Assembly (NCBI GenBank): GCA_951406725.2
Contig: OX597836.1
Location: 29,264,001 to 29,328,000 of the forward strand
Direction: 5' to 3'
DNA length: 64,000 nt
Origin: Octopus vulgaris
Lineage: Eukaryota
Every line of letters begins with the position of its first letter. The first letter of the stretch is position 1. Shown here in pieces: positions 1 through 12,655 of the stretch. The notes below the pieces were generated by a model. That model saw nothing but the letters and a program-made list of their open reading frames with translations, did not search any database and had not been told where the DNA came from. The translations under genes and the position numbers were made by a program.

Positions 1-684
1 ATAAATGTATATGATTAGTTTAAGGGAGATTTGGCTGCTATTGTCCAGCGGTAGACCTGTCTTGGCTCATTTCACTTGGTTGTTGTTTAACCTTAAGTTA
101 GCTCTAATGGAGCAGGCCTTTGATAAAAAAAATGAAATTCCAGCTTTGTTTACCTCCTCTATCTAGGGTACCTAATATGTACTTCATTTTTTAAACGTTG
201 TGATTGAGTTGAGTAAAGAGTTGACTGCCATTTCTAGCAGGTGCGGCGGCTATGTCTAAATGCTGGGTCAACCAGACCTGTAATAATAATTAAAAAAAAT
301 GTTCCACCAATGACCATATTGTCTTTCTGTCATACATCGTACATTATCCAACAGTAAAGTATTTTAAAGTGATTTGGTTGCTATTTCTTGCAAGTCCAAC
401 GACTTCATAGAACCTCACATAACTGGCAAAACAGTTTTTATCGTGACAGAATTAACAGTGGAAAATCTTGTTTATCATATGTGCAAAATGAACAAAGCTA
501 AACTTTTTTTCCTCGGTTCGTTTAGTCAATTAGAAGTACTTTATCGTGTATAAGTCACGCCCTAGTATAAAATAGTCTGACTTATACTGACTTATACAGT
601 GTGTATGTGTACCGTTTTTATTCGTGTATAAACCGCACACCTAATTTAGTGTTAAATTTTGGGGAATAATCTATACAAGTGTGT

Positions 685-878
685 CTACACCTCCCCTACT
701 TGATTTCTTCATAACTTCCAGAAAAATGGTTGTTTTTTAATAAAATTTTCTACAAATACCTTTAAGATGGTGTAGATAGCAATTATATCGAAATTTAATG
801 TGAAAAAAAAAATTAATAAATTGGTGGGCTCGCATACACAAAATATTTGAAATTTTGGAAAAATTATGTAATGTGTGT

Positions 879-912
<34 letters not shown>

Positions 913-1060
913 CCACCAATTTTTAAAGATTGTTTTTTTTTTTCACATTAAATATAATTGTAATCCACATCACCTAAAAAGGTATTTGTAGAAAATTTCA
1001 TTAGAAATTTAATTTCTTCTGGAACTTAGGAACTAAAGCCCAGGATGGAGGGGGGGGTCC
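685..1060. mobile_element. Degraded long-TIR MITE (about 150-bp arms) nested in a Tc1/mariner-like MITE (about 610-1115)
   Basis: Inverted matches aaattttctacaaatacctt/aaggtatttgtagaaaattt and ttggtgggc/gcccaccaa. Confidence 0.5.
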
Positions 1061-1244
1061 CAATTTTTCCTCAAATAAAATCAAATTGTACGACTTATAA
1101 ACGAGTAAATATGGTTTGTGTGTATGTATAATATATAATATATATATATAGTATTAATTAACAGATGGATTCAGTATTAAACCTTTACTGGGTACTCAAC
1201 ATTTAAACACACTATTCGACTCACACTGTCCAAATTATTTATTG

Positions 1245-1295
<51 letters not shown>

Positions 1296-3617
1296 CCTGC
1301 TCGCTTAGCCAGCGGGGTGGCGTCATTTGAAGGCTAAAACAATGCGAAGCGCATTGTGACCAGCGATGTGTAGCAACATCTGATGGTCTGGTCGGTCACA
1401 GTGATATATATATATATAGTATATAATTGTGGTGTAGAAGTCCATCTCTAATTTAGTGTTAAACCTTGATATAAAAAATTTCCTTTCATAGTTTTAACCT
1501 CTGTTGAAATATGCTGCCTTTCTTTCAATTAATATTGAAAGTAAGGAATTCATTTAAAGTAATTTTGTCATTATGAAACTGGTGTTTGAAACAATAATTA
1601 AGAACTTTTGAAGGAAGGTTTTTAGACCACTTTATAACAAGAACTTTGTATCATAGAATCGAGGGCGGTTTCAGACAGGTTGGTATCAAAAGGGTTAAAA
1701 TGGAGTGCAGAATAGTGCGTCTTATAAACAAGTACAATAATGTAGTCCCGTTTGGTTAAAATGTGACTTGATCTGAGAACCTTGTGTCGAAACTAAAGTA
1801 GTTTATATCAATGAAGAACCATTTTAGCCATAGCAGAAGACACTTGCCCAAGATGCCACGCTATGGGACTGAACCCCAAATCGCGTGGTTGCAAAGCGAG
1901 CTTCTTAACCTCACAGCCATGAGCTAGTATTCTATTCTAAACATTATGAGGGTTTGAAAACTAAAATTATTCTTCAGGATTATTCCACTATTTTTTCTTC
2001 AATCCTGAATTGTTATTTGGCTGTTGTTGTTTTGACATTACGTCACCCCCAATAGTAGCCATCCCCTCAAATTCAAAAATGTTTGTAAAATGAAATTAGT
2101 CTCCTTATTTTTACTATTTGGTGACGGAGATATCACTAGTTTCTTTCTACACTCTTGTTCTCCATCATATCATTTAATGTGCCCTTTCTTTCCTTGAGAG
2201 AGTAGGATATAATTTGAGGGGAAGGATCTTGTTAGATTTCTTCCTACCACTTAAAGTATTCCAAATTTTCACCAGATTGGATGGAGGCTTCCCAACAGGC
2301 TAAAATTACATAACTTTAAAGACTTTTTTAATGGTTAATTTCTAGAAAAATGCATGCTTTATTTTTGTCATCAGAATGCAAAACTACATTTTTGAAAATA
2401 ATCTGATGAAAATTTGAAATATGTCAACTAGTTGGAAGAAATTTAACTAGATCCGAGGGGAAATTTGGTTACTATTTCTAACAGGTTTAGCGACAACAAA
2501 TTTAGAAGCTCCTTCGCTTGATGGTAGATCCGCTAGTAAAAAAAAAATAACTATATTTTCAGACTGCTTTCAAAAATTTCTTTAAAATTTTATTTGTAAG
2601 ACCGTATGGTATGGTTCGAAGCGAAACTTGGTTGATATTCCTTGATGGTCCCGTTGTGCTCATTACTTCCTATTTTAATTTAGAATAAACATTTTCACTC
2701 GTGCTCCTAATGTTAAGTGAAATATTTTGATTTTTTTCTACTGAAAATTCCATATAATCACTAATTTATAATTTATTAACGAAAAAACATATCCAAATAT
2801 TCTCATTTCAAATCGTGCAACAACCGAAGTAAATCTTTAGCCAAACAGATGTTAATTTGATACCATCATTCGAATTTAGGATTAAATCTTGCTTTAATTA
2901 TTTATTTACTTTGCCATCAGAATTATCCGAAGGCAGTGCTGTAGCATGGCCTTAGCAGTGATAGCGAAAACAAATTAAAGAATATAAGAAAGCTTCCAGC
3001 GTACTCAGACTATTAATTATCATCACACACACCCAGTATGAAAAAGACGTTAAGTTATGAATTGCCACACGTCACACCCTGTTAGTATGTGTTCACGAAA
3101 CTGCTGGACAAGTTAGTCAAAAGTACAGTTATTCTAAGTGGAATTCTGTCTGAATCAGTTTGTTATTAAAGAACCTAGAAGTTCTAACTAATGAATTCGT
3201 TTCAAATATTAGCATAGATGAATAGAGGATAAATGTGATCATTGCTTCACTGACATTTTCCATCAGACTGTTTGCTCTTCTTGTTGTTGGGTGAGCAATT
3301 CACAGAAAGATATGAACTATATTTAGTAAGAAGGGATTGCTGAACATTTATATAAGTAATACTGTGTGCTCTGAGGCGGCGACTGCACGTTGCAGAGTCT
3401 AAGAAAGAGGGGATTAAACGGAAGATTGATTACATGTGTGTCAAGAGCAATAGAAATGCAATTAAATAGGAAGGCTTTCTACATTGTGAATTCAAATCTC
3501 GCCGAGGCCAACATTGTTTTCTTCCTATCGAGGTCGATAAAAATAAAACTGTCATTCAAGTACTGGGATCAGTAGTATGGACTTTGCCCCTCAAAATTTC
3601 TACCCTTGTGTCTAAAT

Positions 3618-3980
3618 TACTCTTTTACTTGTTTCAGTCATTTGACTGTGGCCATGCTGTAGCACCGCCTTTAGTCGAGCAAATCGACCCCAGGACTTAT
3701 TCTTTGTAAGCATAGTACTTAATCTATCGCTCGCTTTTGCCGAACCGCTAAGTGACGGGGACGTAAACACACCAGCATCGGTTGTCAAGCGATGTGGGGG
3801 GGGGGGGCAAACAGACACATATATACGAAGGGCTTCTTTCAGTTTCCGTCTACCAAATCCACTCACAAGGCTTTGGTCGGCCCGAGGCTATAGTAGAAGA
3901 CGCTTGTCCAATGTACCACGTAGTGGGACTGAACCCGGAACCATATGGTTGGTAAGCAAGCTACTTACCACACAGCCACG
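3618..3980 (-). repeat. SINE family A (tRNA head, CORE-like accttgggcaagt, internal microsatellite, (GAGTAAAA)n-like tail); Octopus-type SINE
   Basis: Many highly similar copies in the window: 5923-6335+, 8513-9050+, 9700-10000-, 18961-19372+, 25780-26215-, 27128-27545+, 28720-28925+, 35965-36375-, 37170-37600+, 44765-45090-, 45915-46107+, 57950-58140-. Confidence 0.85.
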
Positions 3981-4641
3981 GAGACATTTTATTCGCGTTG
4001 TGAACTGGTTGGATCGTCAAGAGCATCAGATAAAATACCTTGCTATATATCTTCCGGCTCTCTACGTTCCGAGTCGAAATCCCGTGAAGGTCAACATTGT
4101 CTTCCATCCCTTTTGGGTCGATAAAACTTAGTACATATCGAGAATGGAACTCGATGGTATCGACTAATCCCCTTCCCTAGAAACAATTATTGGCAAAGCA
4201 GTAGAAAACGACTGTCGTTTCAAAATTCCCCAGTGAGACCTTCTGCATGAACATATAGTTAAGTGATACTTTAGGAGCCCAATAGAATTTTAAAGTAATT
4301 GAAATTCCACCTGTAATGAAAAAATTCATTAGTGCTAATGACTTCTTTTTATTACGGGTGTAATTTCCATTAGTCGATATTTATTTGGGTTAACTACATA
4401 ACGTATTAAGTGCGTTAGCCGGCACTTAACTATAAATATCAACTTAAGTGTATATCTTATTCCTTTTTGCTTATTAGGAGGACGTTTCAGATTTAATATC
4501 CTTTCGGTGTTTGTCAAATTTAAAGCGGTGAGCTGGCAGAATCGCTCGCATGCCGAGTAAAATGCTACTATAGCCTTGGGCCAACCAGGGCCTTGTGGGT
4601 GGATTTGGTGGACGGAAACTGAAAGAAGCCCGTCGTATATA

Positions 4642-4700
<59 letters not shown>

Positions 4701-6079
4701 GGTAAATGTTTTTAAATTTTCTCCTGGTTTACAGAGTTAACTTTTATTTGCGGTTGAAGCTTTGGCTGTTATTTCTAGTGGGTGAATGGCCTATTATGGC
4801 CGTTCCTTGATTGTTGATGTTAAACTTAAAAATGGTCTATGACTATTTAATTTTTTCCTACTAGGCCGCTGGTGGCAAAGAATTCTACAAAATTTTTTTG
4901 CCACCCTATATTGATTAATTATATATATATATATATATGCGTGTGTGTGTTTGTGTTTGTCCCCCTAGCATTGCTTGACAACCGATGCTGGTGTGTTTAT
5001 GTCCCCGTTACTGGGCGGTTCGACAAGACGGACCGATAGAATAAGTACTGGGCTTACAAAAGAATAAGTCCCGGGGTCGAGTTGCTCGATTAAAGGTGGT
5101 GCTCCAGCATGGCCGCAGTCAAATGACTGAAGCAAGTAAAAGAGTAACTGCATCTCGTCCATCTTTACGTTCTGAGTTCAAATTCCGCCGAAGTGGACTT
5201 CATTCTTTCGAGGTCGATAAACAGTACTAGTTGAGCACTGAGGTCGATTTAGTCACTTACCCTCGAACTTGCTGGGCCCTGTACAAAAATTTGAAACAAA
5301 TATTCTTTCAATATTTATCAAGATTAAGCCGACGAGCTGGCTGAATCGTGACTGCGCCTGATAAAATGCTTAGCAGCATTTCTTCCGACTATTCGTTCTG
5401 AGTTCAAATGCTACCGAGGTTGATTTTGTTTTTCATCCCTCGGGGTCGATAAAATAAGCACCAGCTGAGCACTGGGGACGATATGATCAACCTACTCCCT
5501 CCGCCGAATTTGCTGGCCTTTTGCCAAAATTCGAAATCGATATTTATCATGTTTAAACGCATAGTGTGCCCCTGGTGGTTAACTATTATAGGAGAAGCAA
5601 TCTCTTCTAGATTACATTAAATTGAGGAGGATTTGAAAGTTTAGAGCTGACATCAGTGTAAAGAAGTTGTACAAAGCATACACAATTTATTTTTGCTACA
5701 CGTGAAGTTCTCAAAGTTTCAAGTCGTCAGTAGCCATGTTTATAAAGTTTGTGTTTTGAACTGAATGGCTGTTATTCAGCAAACTTCCTAGTAACCAATT
5801 CCAGTTGTATGAATCTCATTGAGAAGGATTGCTTGTCTTATTGGTTCAGTGGTTTTCATTCTCTTTTGATTACCTTGCACCTGGCAGCATATTGGAGATA
5901 AAAGTTTAAAAATTACCAGTCACAAGCAAGAGTGGCTGTGTGGTAAGTAGTTTGCTTACCAACCAAATGGTTCTGGGTTCAGTCCCACTGCGTGGCACCT
6001 TGGGCATGTGTCTTCTACTATAGCTTCAGGCCGACCAAAGCCTTGTTAGTGGATTTGGTAGATGGAAACTGAAAGAAGC

Positions 6080-6134
<55 letters not shown>

Positions 6135-6621
6135 CTGTTTGTTTGTCCCTCCAACATTGCTTGACAACTGATGTTAGCGTGTTTACGTCCCCGTAACTTA
6201 GTGGTTCGGCAAAAGAAACCGATAGAATAAGTAGTAGGCTTACAACGAATAAGTCCTGGGGTCGATTTAGTCGACTAAAGGCAGTGCTCCAGCATGGCCA
6301 CAGTCAAATGACTGAAACAAATAAAAGAATAAAAGTTAAACCTACATAAAAGAACTGAAGAAAACTGTTTCGAAGTTAAAACTTTAGAAGGTAAAAAAAA
6401 ATAAAGGGAAAAGTATTGTTCACCTTGTTTTTATCAATTACACCTATGCATGGGGAATCCTTTATTACTTTCAGCACAATGAAATCCTGAAGCTACAAGA
6501 TAATACCTGAATAATTCAGAACAATGTGGATAAATAAAGATTACATTTGATAGTGTAATCTGAATGCTAAAGAGTTAACAGAACATCCTCTAAGCATTAT
6601 ATAACATTCTGGGATGAATTG

Positions 6622-6852
6622 AAGGCGCGAGCTGGCAGAAACGTTAGCACGCCGGGCGAAATGCATAGCCATATTTCTTCTGTCGTTACGTTCCGAGTTC
6701 ATATTCCGCCAAGGTCGATTTTGCCTTTCGTCCTTTCGGGATCGATAAATTAAGTACCAGTTACATACTGGGGTCGATGTAATCGACTTAATCTCTTTAT
6801 CTGTCCTTGATTGTCCCCTTTGTCTTTAGCCCCTTGCAGGTAGTAAAGAAAT
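6622..6852 (+). repeat. SINE family B (tRNA head, Meta-like central gcctttcatcctttcggggtcgataaa..agtaccag, tail gccccttgtgggtagtaaagaaa)
   Basis: About 20-bp TSD tatataac(a/t)ttctgggatgaa; copies at 11751-11930+, 15787-16015+, 42320-42550-, 48833-49065+ plus many partial ones. The Meta-domain assignment is from memory. Confidence 0.8.
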
Positions 6853-8189
6853 ATATAACTTTCTGGGATGAAGTATTGAAGGCCCATCTCAAGACATGGA
6901 GCCTTATGAAGGAGATGACAAAGGACCAAGATATCTGGTGCCTTGCCATACTCAAGAAGACCCATCCACCACATTGAAAGCAGTCAGTACACTCTCTGTA
7001 GTGGTTGGCATTAGGAAGGGCATCCAGCCATAGAAATCAATGCCAGAACAGACAATGGAGCCTGGTGTGGCCCTGGCCTTACTAGCTCTGGTCAAGCCAT
7101 TCAACTCATGCCAGCATGGAAAATGGACACTAAATGATGTTCTTGGTTATGTTGCCTTGAACAAAAAGAGACACTTGAGAATAATGAAGACTTTTTAGAC
7201 ATGGGGTACAAGGAAAATTCAGTTGTACTGGTGCCATCGTATAATGGACTCTGTACACCCTATAAAATGGTTTTGAAGAGGCAGCGACAAAGTAGAGCCA
7301 AGAAGAGCTTTTAGTCTAAGGACATGATAGACTTTCTAGTGATATTACTATGATAAAATATTACTCAGTACATTCTGTAAAGCAGTTGGTGTTAGAGAAT
7401 GCATTCAATCATAGAAGCCATGCCAAAAATGCAATGTTCTGAATGAGTTGTCCCTAGATCTGACTGTGAGGGTAGTATCTCTGAGATAAGAACTAACATG
7501 GACAAGTTTATCCAACATGTGGAGCAGGTGTAAGTTGATGATGATGATGATGGTGATCATTGAGTCTTATTTAAGGATGTACATTTCTGATATTGTTAAA
7601 GAAAAGGAAAGAAAAAAAAATCACTGGGTATCAGTTGTGTGATAGTAAGGAGAATATAATGATACGAGATTGCTTCTTTGATATATATGCATAGTGTTAG
7701 AACGTTTGTGCTGTTGAAAGTGATAGGGTTGTTATGCCTCTCTCCATTGGAAAATGTTCTTGTTGCTGATCTAGCAGACCTATAATCAAAGTCATTCCAG
7801 CCATCACCATTTGTTTTTTAGATGAAGCATATCAAAGACTAAATTATTTAATGTAGTCCTTTCATTTTAACTCTGTTGAGTGTGAGTTGAGGGAGACTTG
7901 GCAGTAATTATTGGCAAGCTGAGTGACTGCATAGAGCAGTCAGTCACGGACAACTGGCACCTTGCAAGACTTTCTTAAAAGCACAGTTTAAGAAAAAAAA
8001 ATTTACCTGGAATTTTATTTTAGTAGCGTGGCTCACCTGATGATGAGCCATGTCTCATGCAGCTCGTTTCTCAAAAGAGGTTACTCTTACCTGGTGTAGA
8101 GGCTTCTTCATTGGATTGTTCATTGGAAGATATCTTTGTGGGACGATTCTGTTCACGGAAACAGTACAAATCTAGTGTGAAGCCTAGAT

Positions 8190-8399
8190 CAGCGGTTCTC
8201 AGCCTTTTTAATTTCTGGACCATTCCAAAACTAGTATTTTTTTTCAGGGGTCTGCACCAAATCCAAAACTAGTATTTTTTCAGGGGTCTGCACCAAACAA
8301 AAGTAAAACACAAATCAGTTAAATGAACATTTATTTATAGCAGGAAGACCGTTGAGGGCCACCGGAATGATGCTTGAGGGCCTCAGTTGAGAGCAGCTG
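8190..8399. mobile_element. hAT (Charlie-like) MITE, degraded
   Basis: CAGCGGTTCTCAGC and GTTGAGAGCAGCTG termini; diverged 8-bp flanks gcctagat/gtgtagac. Confidence 0.6.
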
Positions 8400-8659
8400 G
8401 TGTAGACTATATGTAGGTGATACTTGTATGTGGAGGGTTAAGAAAGAAATCTGTGAAGGTCTTTGGATATCATTAAGAAATGTATCTAACATAATATAAG
8501 ACATACTATAGCCGCAGGCATGGTTGCGTGGTAAGACGTTTGCTTCCCAACCACATGGCTATCCAGGTTCAGTTCCACTGCCTAGCACCTAGGGCAAGTG
8601 TCTTCTATAAGCTCCTAGTCTGGTCAAAGCCTTTGGTGGGTGAAAACGAAACCCGTCGT

Positions 8660-8812
8660 GGTTGTAACTTCGGTATAAGTACTGGATACATTTCAAGAAA
8701 GTGTTTTTTTATATGTGGTGGGGGGGTTAGGGTTAGGGGTGGGAGAAAAGGGTTTCTGTTATCTTCAGAAATGTAAACAAAGCCATGTGTGTACTTATAC
8801 CGAAGGATCGCC
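8660..8812. mobile_element. Merlin-like MITE with internal telomere-like repeats, nested in a SINE
   Basis: GG-starting TIRs sharing CTTCGGTATAAGTAC; 8-bp TSD CCCGTCGT/CCCGTCGC; internal gggttagggttagggg. Confidence 0.65.
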
Positions 8813-10433
8813 CCCGTCGCGTGTGCGCTCATGTGGTTGTGTGTTTGTGCTCCCCACCACTGCTTGGCTTGACAAGTGTTGGTTTGTTTACATCCCTGAA
8901 ACTTAGCGGTCTAGCAAAAAGAGAACGATAGAATAAGTAACAGGTTTAAAAACAAAATGTAAAATAATAAGTAGTGGGGTCGATTTTCCCGACTAAATCC
9001 CTCAAGGCGGTGTCTTAGCATGACTGCAGTCTATTAATTAAAACAGGTAAAAAAAAAATAAATACCTACTTTTCTGCTGCAATGAAAAGAAAAAAAAAAA
9101 AAATATATATAGAAGTACGGCAGCCTTTTCTGAGATTCTGGTTTATTAGCTTACGTCTCAAATATTTTCTGTACCAAAAGTGGAAAAAAAAAATCACGTT
9201 TTATAAATTTTAGAAAATTTGTGCATAATTCAGTGCATGTTGCCAAAAAACAATGTCCAAGTGGATGAATGCACCTGCCAGCTAGCTGAGCCTCAGGTTT
9301 AAATTATGTTGGCAAGAGTCTGTACAACTTCCAACTTCCTTTGTTCTGTATATTGTATTTGCTTCAGTTCAGACATGCCATTCTGTTATCAACAAGTGAA
9401 CGTTAACTGCTTTCCTTTGCTGCTGTACAAGTCGTTGATTAATGAGCGAAAATTAGGAATGAATTAACTCTTAATGTCAAGAACTACTTGTACAGGAAGT
9501 TACTGAACCGGAAATAGGAACAGAGCAGAGTAGCAAGAGAGAGAGAGAGTCTGAGAATCTATCCTCTATGGGGAAGGTCAACTATAAAGAAGAGATCAAA
9601 TAGTGATATAGCAATTAATGACGGTTGATAAGATGATAAAAATTTGATGATTAGATGGTGTCACACTAGGTCATTATGGGGGTTAACCATGTGAAGCCTT
9701 TTACCTTTTACTTGTTTCAGTCATTAGACTGCTGCCATGCTAGGGAACCGGTTTGAATTTTTAGCCAAATTGACCCCCAATATTTTCTTTTGCCACACTA
9801 CCAAGTTATGAGGATGTAAACACAAACCCCAATTTTCAAGGATGGTGGAGGAACACACACACACACGACGGGCTTCTCTCAAGTTTCTCTCTGCCAAATC
9901 CATTCACAAGGCTTTGTTCGGTCTGAGGCTATAGTAGAAGACACTTGCCCAATGTGCCATGCAGTGGGACTGAACCCGGAACCACGTGGCTGGGAAGCAG
10001 GCCAACTGTTGTTAATAAATCTTCATACTTCAAATATTATGTGGGAAGAAAATGTTAAAATTGAAAGCTTGGTCAAACTCCTTTTGCTAATGTCTCTGTT
10101 CTTGTTTATACGCTTTCCTACTAAATGTGGGTACCTATGCAGCTCCTTCACAAGAATCTCCTCTGACCCCTACCACACTTCTCATACTCCAGCCCCTCAT
10201 CCCCTAGCATAAAACTGATCTCCACAGGTGATCTCAGTAGTGCTTGTTTGGTGAAATGAAGAAAGTACCCAGTATACATGGTAAAGTGGTTGGTGTTAAG
10301 AAGGGCATCCAGCTGTAAAAACGGTGCTAAAGCAGACACTGGAGTACAGTTCTTAATAGCTTCAAGGAATCTCATTTATGTATCCAAATTTGCTGTATCT
10401 TGCTGAAAGGGAGGCCTCTTAGTAATGAGAGGA

Positions 10434-11748
10434 TTTTTTATTACCCACAAGGGGCCAATGAAGAGGGGACAATACAATCACATGGATACATATAAAAACG
10501 AAAAAAATTTTTTTTTAATGAAAAAAATTTTAAAAATCAAAAAATTAAAACATGATATGCATGAATGATACAATGAAAATGATAATGAAAATGAGCTACC
10601 AGCATCACTTGCTTCCTTTTATCTTTTAAATTCCGAGTCCTTTAACCCTTTAATGTTCAGATTATTCTGTCAAATGATGTTTGTTTGTTTATATTGTTTT
10701 GAATTAATCACGCATTATCTTGTAGTTTAGAGATTTCAGTGATGTGATTTTTTAGTTTTAGAATGACATGGTAGGGTTGAGGTGAGAGGCAAGATCTGGT
10801 CAGTTTCAATATAAAACAGGTTAAATATTTTGGCCGGATATGGCCGGTTTGAATGCTAAAGGGTTAAGATGTCTATACCATATTTCTCGGTCAGTTCCTC
10901 ATACTTTACATTGTCTGGTATCGTCTTTATATCACAATTCACCTTCCAACTCTTATAACCCCTCTTGAAATTTCAATATTTCGTCTTTTTGGCTTTCGGA
11001 CACCAGAACACATGAGTGCCATCCATCAATGTTTGTTCATCCTTTGACGTGGACAAATCTTGCAGTCTTCCATTTTGTTATCTTATTGCGCAGTTCCTTG
11101 TCCACACCTTCAATCATCATACACGCAAAATAGTTTTCAGTGGGACGGGGAGTTTGTTGATCCTTGTGTGCTTGTATTTCTTTTTTTCTCTTGCTTTGTG
11201 TAGGAGGGGAATGGGTGGGTTTAGTGTCTGTGGGGGGAGGGTGGTTGAGAGAGGGTATGGGTGGGGTGGGTATGGTTTGGGGTTCTACTTCACCCTGTCC
11301 TTTCTTCCTCTTCCTTTTTCTTCCTTCAACTACCATCCACTGTTTTCCGTTTCTCTTTTATTCCTGTTGCACCTTCTCCTGCTCCTTTCTAACTTCCTCT
11401 GGACTTCTTGGCTTCTGCAGAGGACAGTGTGCTCTAATGTGATCTTTTTGGCCACATTTAAAGCAACGAGGGTTTCTGCCCTCCACCCACACTCTCAACA
11501 CTACATCTCCAATGGTCACCATTTCCACCACATTTTCCAGTGTTTCTGCAGTGCCCTGTATGATCAGGTCCAATGTTTGGCTTGTCCATACTGAATTTTC
11601 TGTTTTCATGGCTTGGAGGATGGCTATTTCTTCTTTACATCCTAGAAGAACAGCCGCAGCAACCCAAGCCACATCTATTTCCGGTGGGATTCCCTCCACC
11701 CTAATTCTGGAAGTCCTTCTTCCAAGATAAGTGGGTTGAAGGACCACT
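10434..11748 (-). mobile_element. Degraded gag/ORF1-like (CCHC zinc knuckle) non-LTR retroposon, 5' truncated, no ORF2 before its 3' tail
   Basis: ORF 11358..11789 has RCFKCGQKDHIRAHC (CX2CX4HX4C), like L1/Tx1-type ORF1, and continues in frame through a stop into ORF 11037..11336. After a frameshift it runs to TAA at 10619-10621, then a T-rich 3'UTR and tail gccccttgtgggtaataaaaaa. Confidence 0.7.
10646..10863. mobile_element. piggyBac-like MITE (TTAA TSD, CCCTTT...AAAGGG termini); related copies near 17655-17873, 21445-22183, 28958-29172, 40558-40778, 41357-41567, 41575-41777, 49626-49845
   Basis: TTAA at 10642-10645 and 10864-10867; TIRs CCCTTTA(G/A)(C/T)(A/G)TTCA; removing it restores the host ORF (ATC TTA AAG GAC). 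Confidence 0.8.
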
Positions 11749-12350
11749 TTAAGGCGGTGAGCTGGCAGAAACGTTAGCATGCCGGGCAAGATGCTTAGCA
11801 GTATTTCGTCTATCTTTATGTTCTGAGTTCAAATTCCGCCAAGTTCGACTTTGCCTTTCATCCTTTCGGGGTTGATAAATTAAGTACCAGTTATGCACTG
11901 GGATCAATGTAATCGACTTAATCCCTTCCAGCAAGCTCTGGAAGTCCTTCTTCCAAGATGAGTGGGCAGAAGGACCACTTTAAGGCGGCGTTAGCATGCC
12001 GGGCAAGATGCTTAGCAGTATTTCGTCTATCTTTACGTTCTGAGTTCAAATTCCGTCGAGGGTATATTTTTGCTTTTTATAATGGCACATGCTTTGAATA
12101 GTCCATTGTTTGGGTTAACTCATTTTTGCATAATTTTTGACTTGCAGTGCTGTAATTGTAAGGAATGCTTAATCCAAAACATTCATGATTCATATTCATA
12201 TGACTCTGACCATCCTGATATGTAGTCAGTACTAGGAAAGGTATCCATCTCTAGAAATCATGATAAAGTAGTCCACAAATAGTCTTTCCTGTCTTTTTCC
12301 TATGTGCACAAAACTCAAGACTCCATTGCCTAATATATCGTTATTTAGAG

Positions 12351-12655
12351 CAGTGATTCTCAACCAGGGTCCATATAAGATTTTGTGGGGGTCCTCACAA
12401 CAAGAGTAAATTGTGAATGCACAATAGTATTTTAAGGGCCCCTTAAAAATGTTGCTTTTGATGTATGTATTGGTATGTATTGCAAGAAATAGCTAGGTCT
12501 CTTTCTCTAACAAGTTAATGTTTGAAAAACAAAATAGGTATTTTGAAAGAAGTTTCTATAAAATTAGTTTTTAAACATTGAATGGCTACGGGAGTCCATA
12601 AGAATAAAATAGTAATCAAAGGGATCCAGAGGTAAAAATGGGTTGAGAAGCCCTG
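12351..12655. mobile_element. hAT (Charlie-like) MITE
   Basis: TIRs CAGTGATTCTCAACC and GGTTGAGAAGCCCTG; 8-bp TSD ATTTAGAG/ATCTAGAG. Confidence 0.8.

Noticed and set aside
8026-8075. CTGATGA with flanking hairpins, hammerhead-like
   Set aside because: Followed by GTTTC rather than GAAAC on the same strand, so the core cannot form.
3000-9620. Candidate non-coding first exon or promoter of the ankyrin gene (donor-like gtgagc at 3291; ETS-like GGAA cluster at 9.3-9.6 kb)
   Set aside because: Cannot be distinguished from chance without transcript data.
11016-11594. 192-aa plus-strand hydrophobic ORF
   Set aside because: Antisense shadow of the purine-rich ORF1-like frame.
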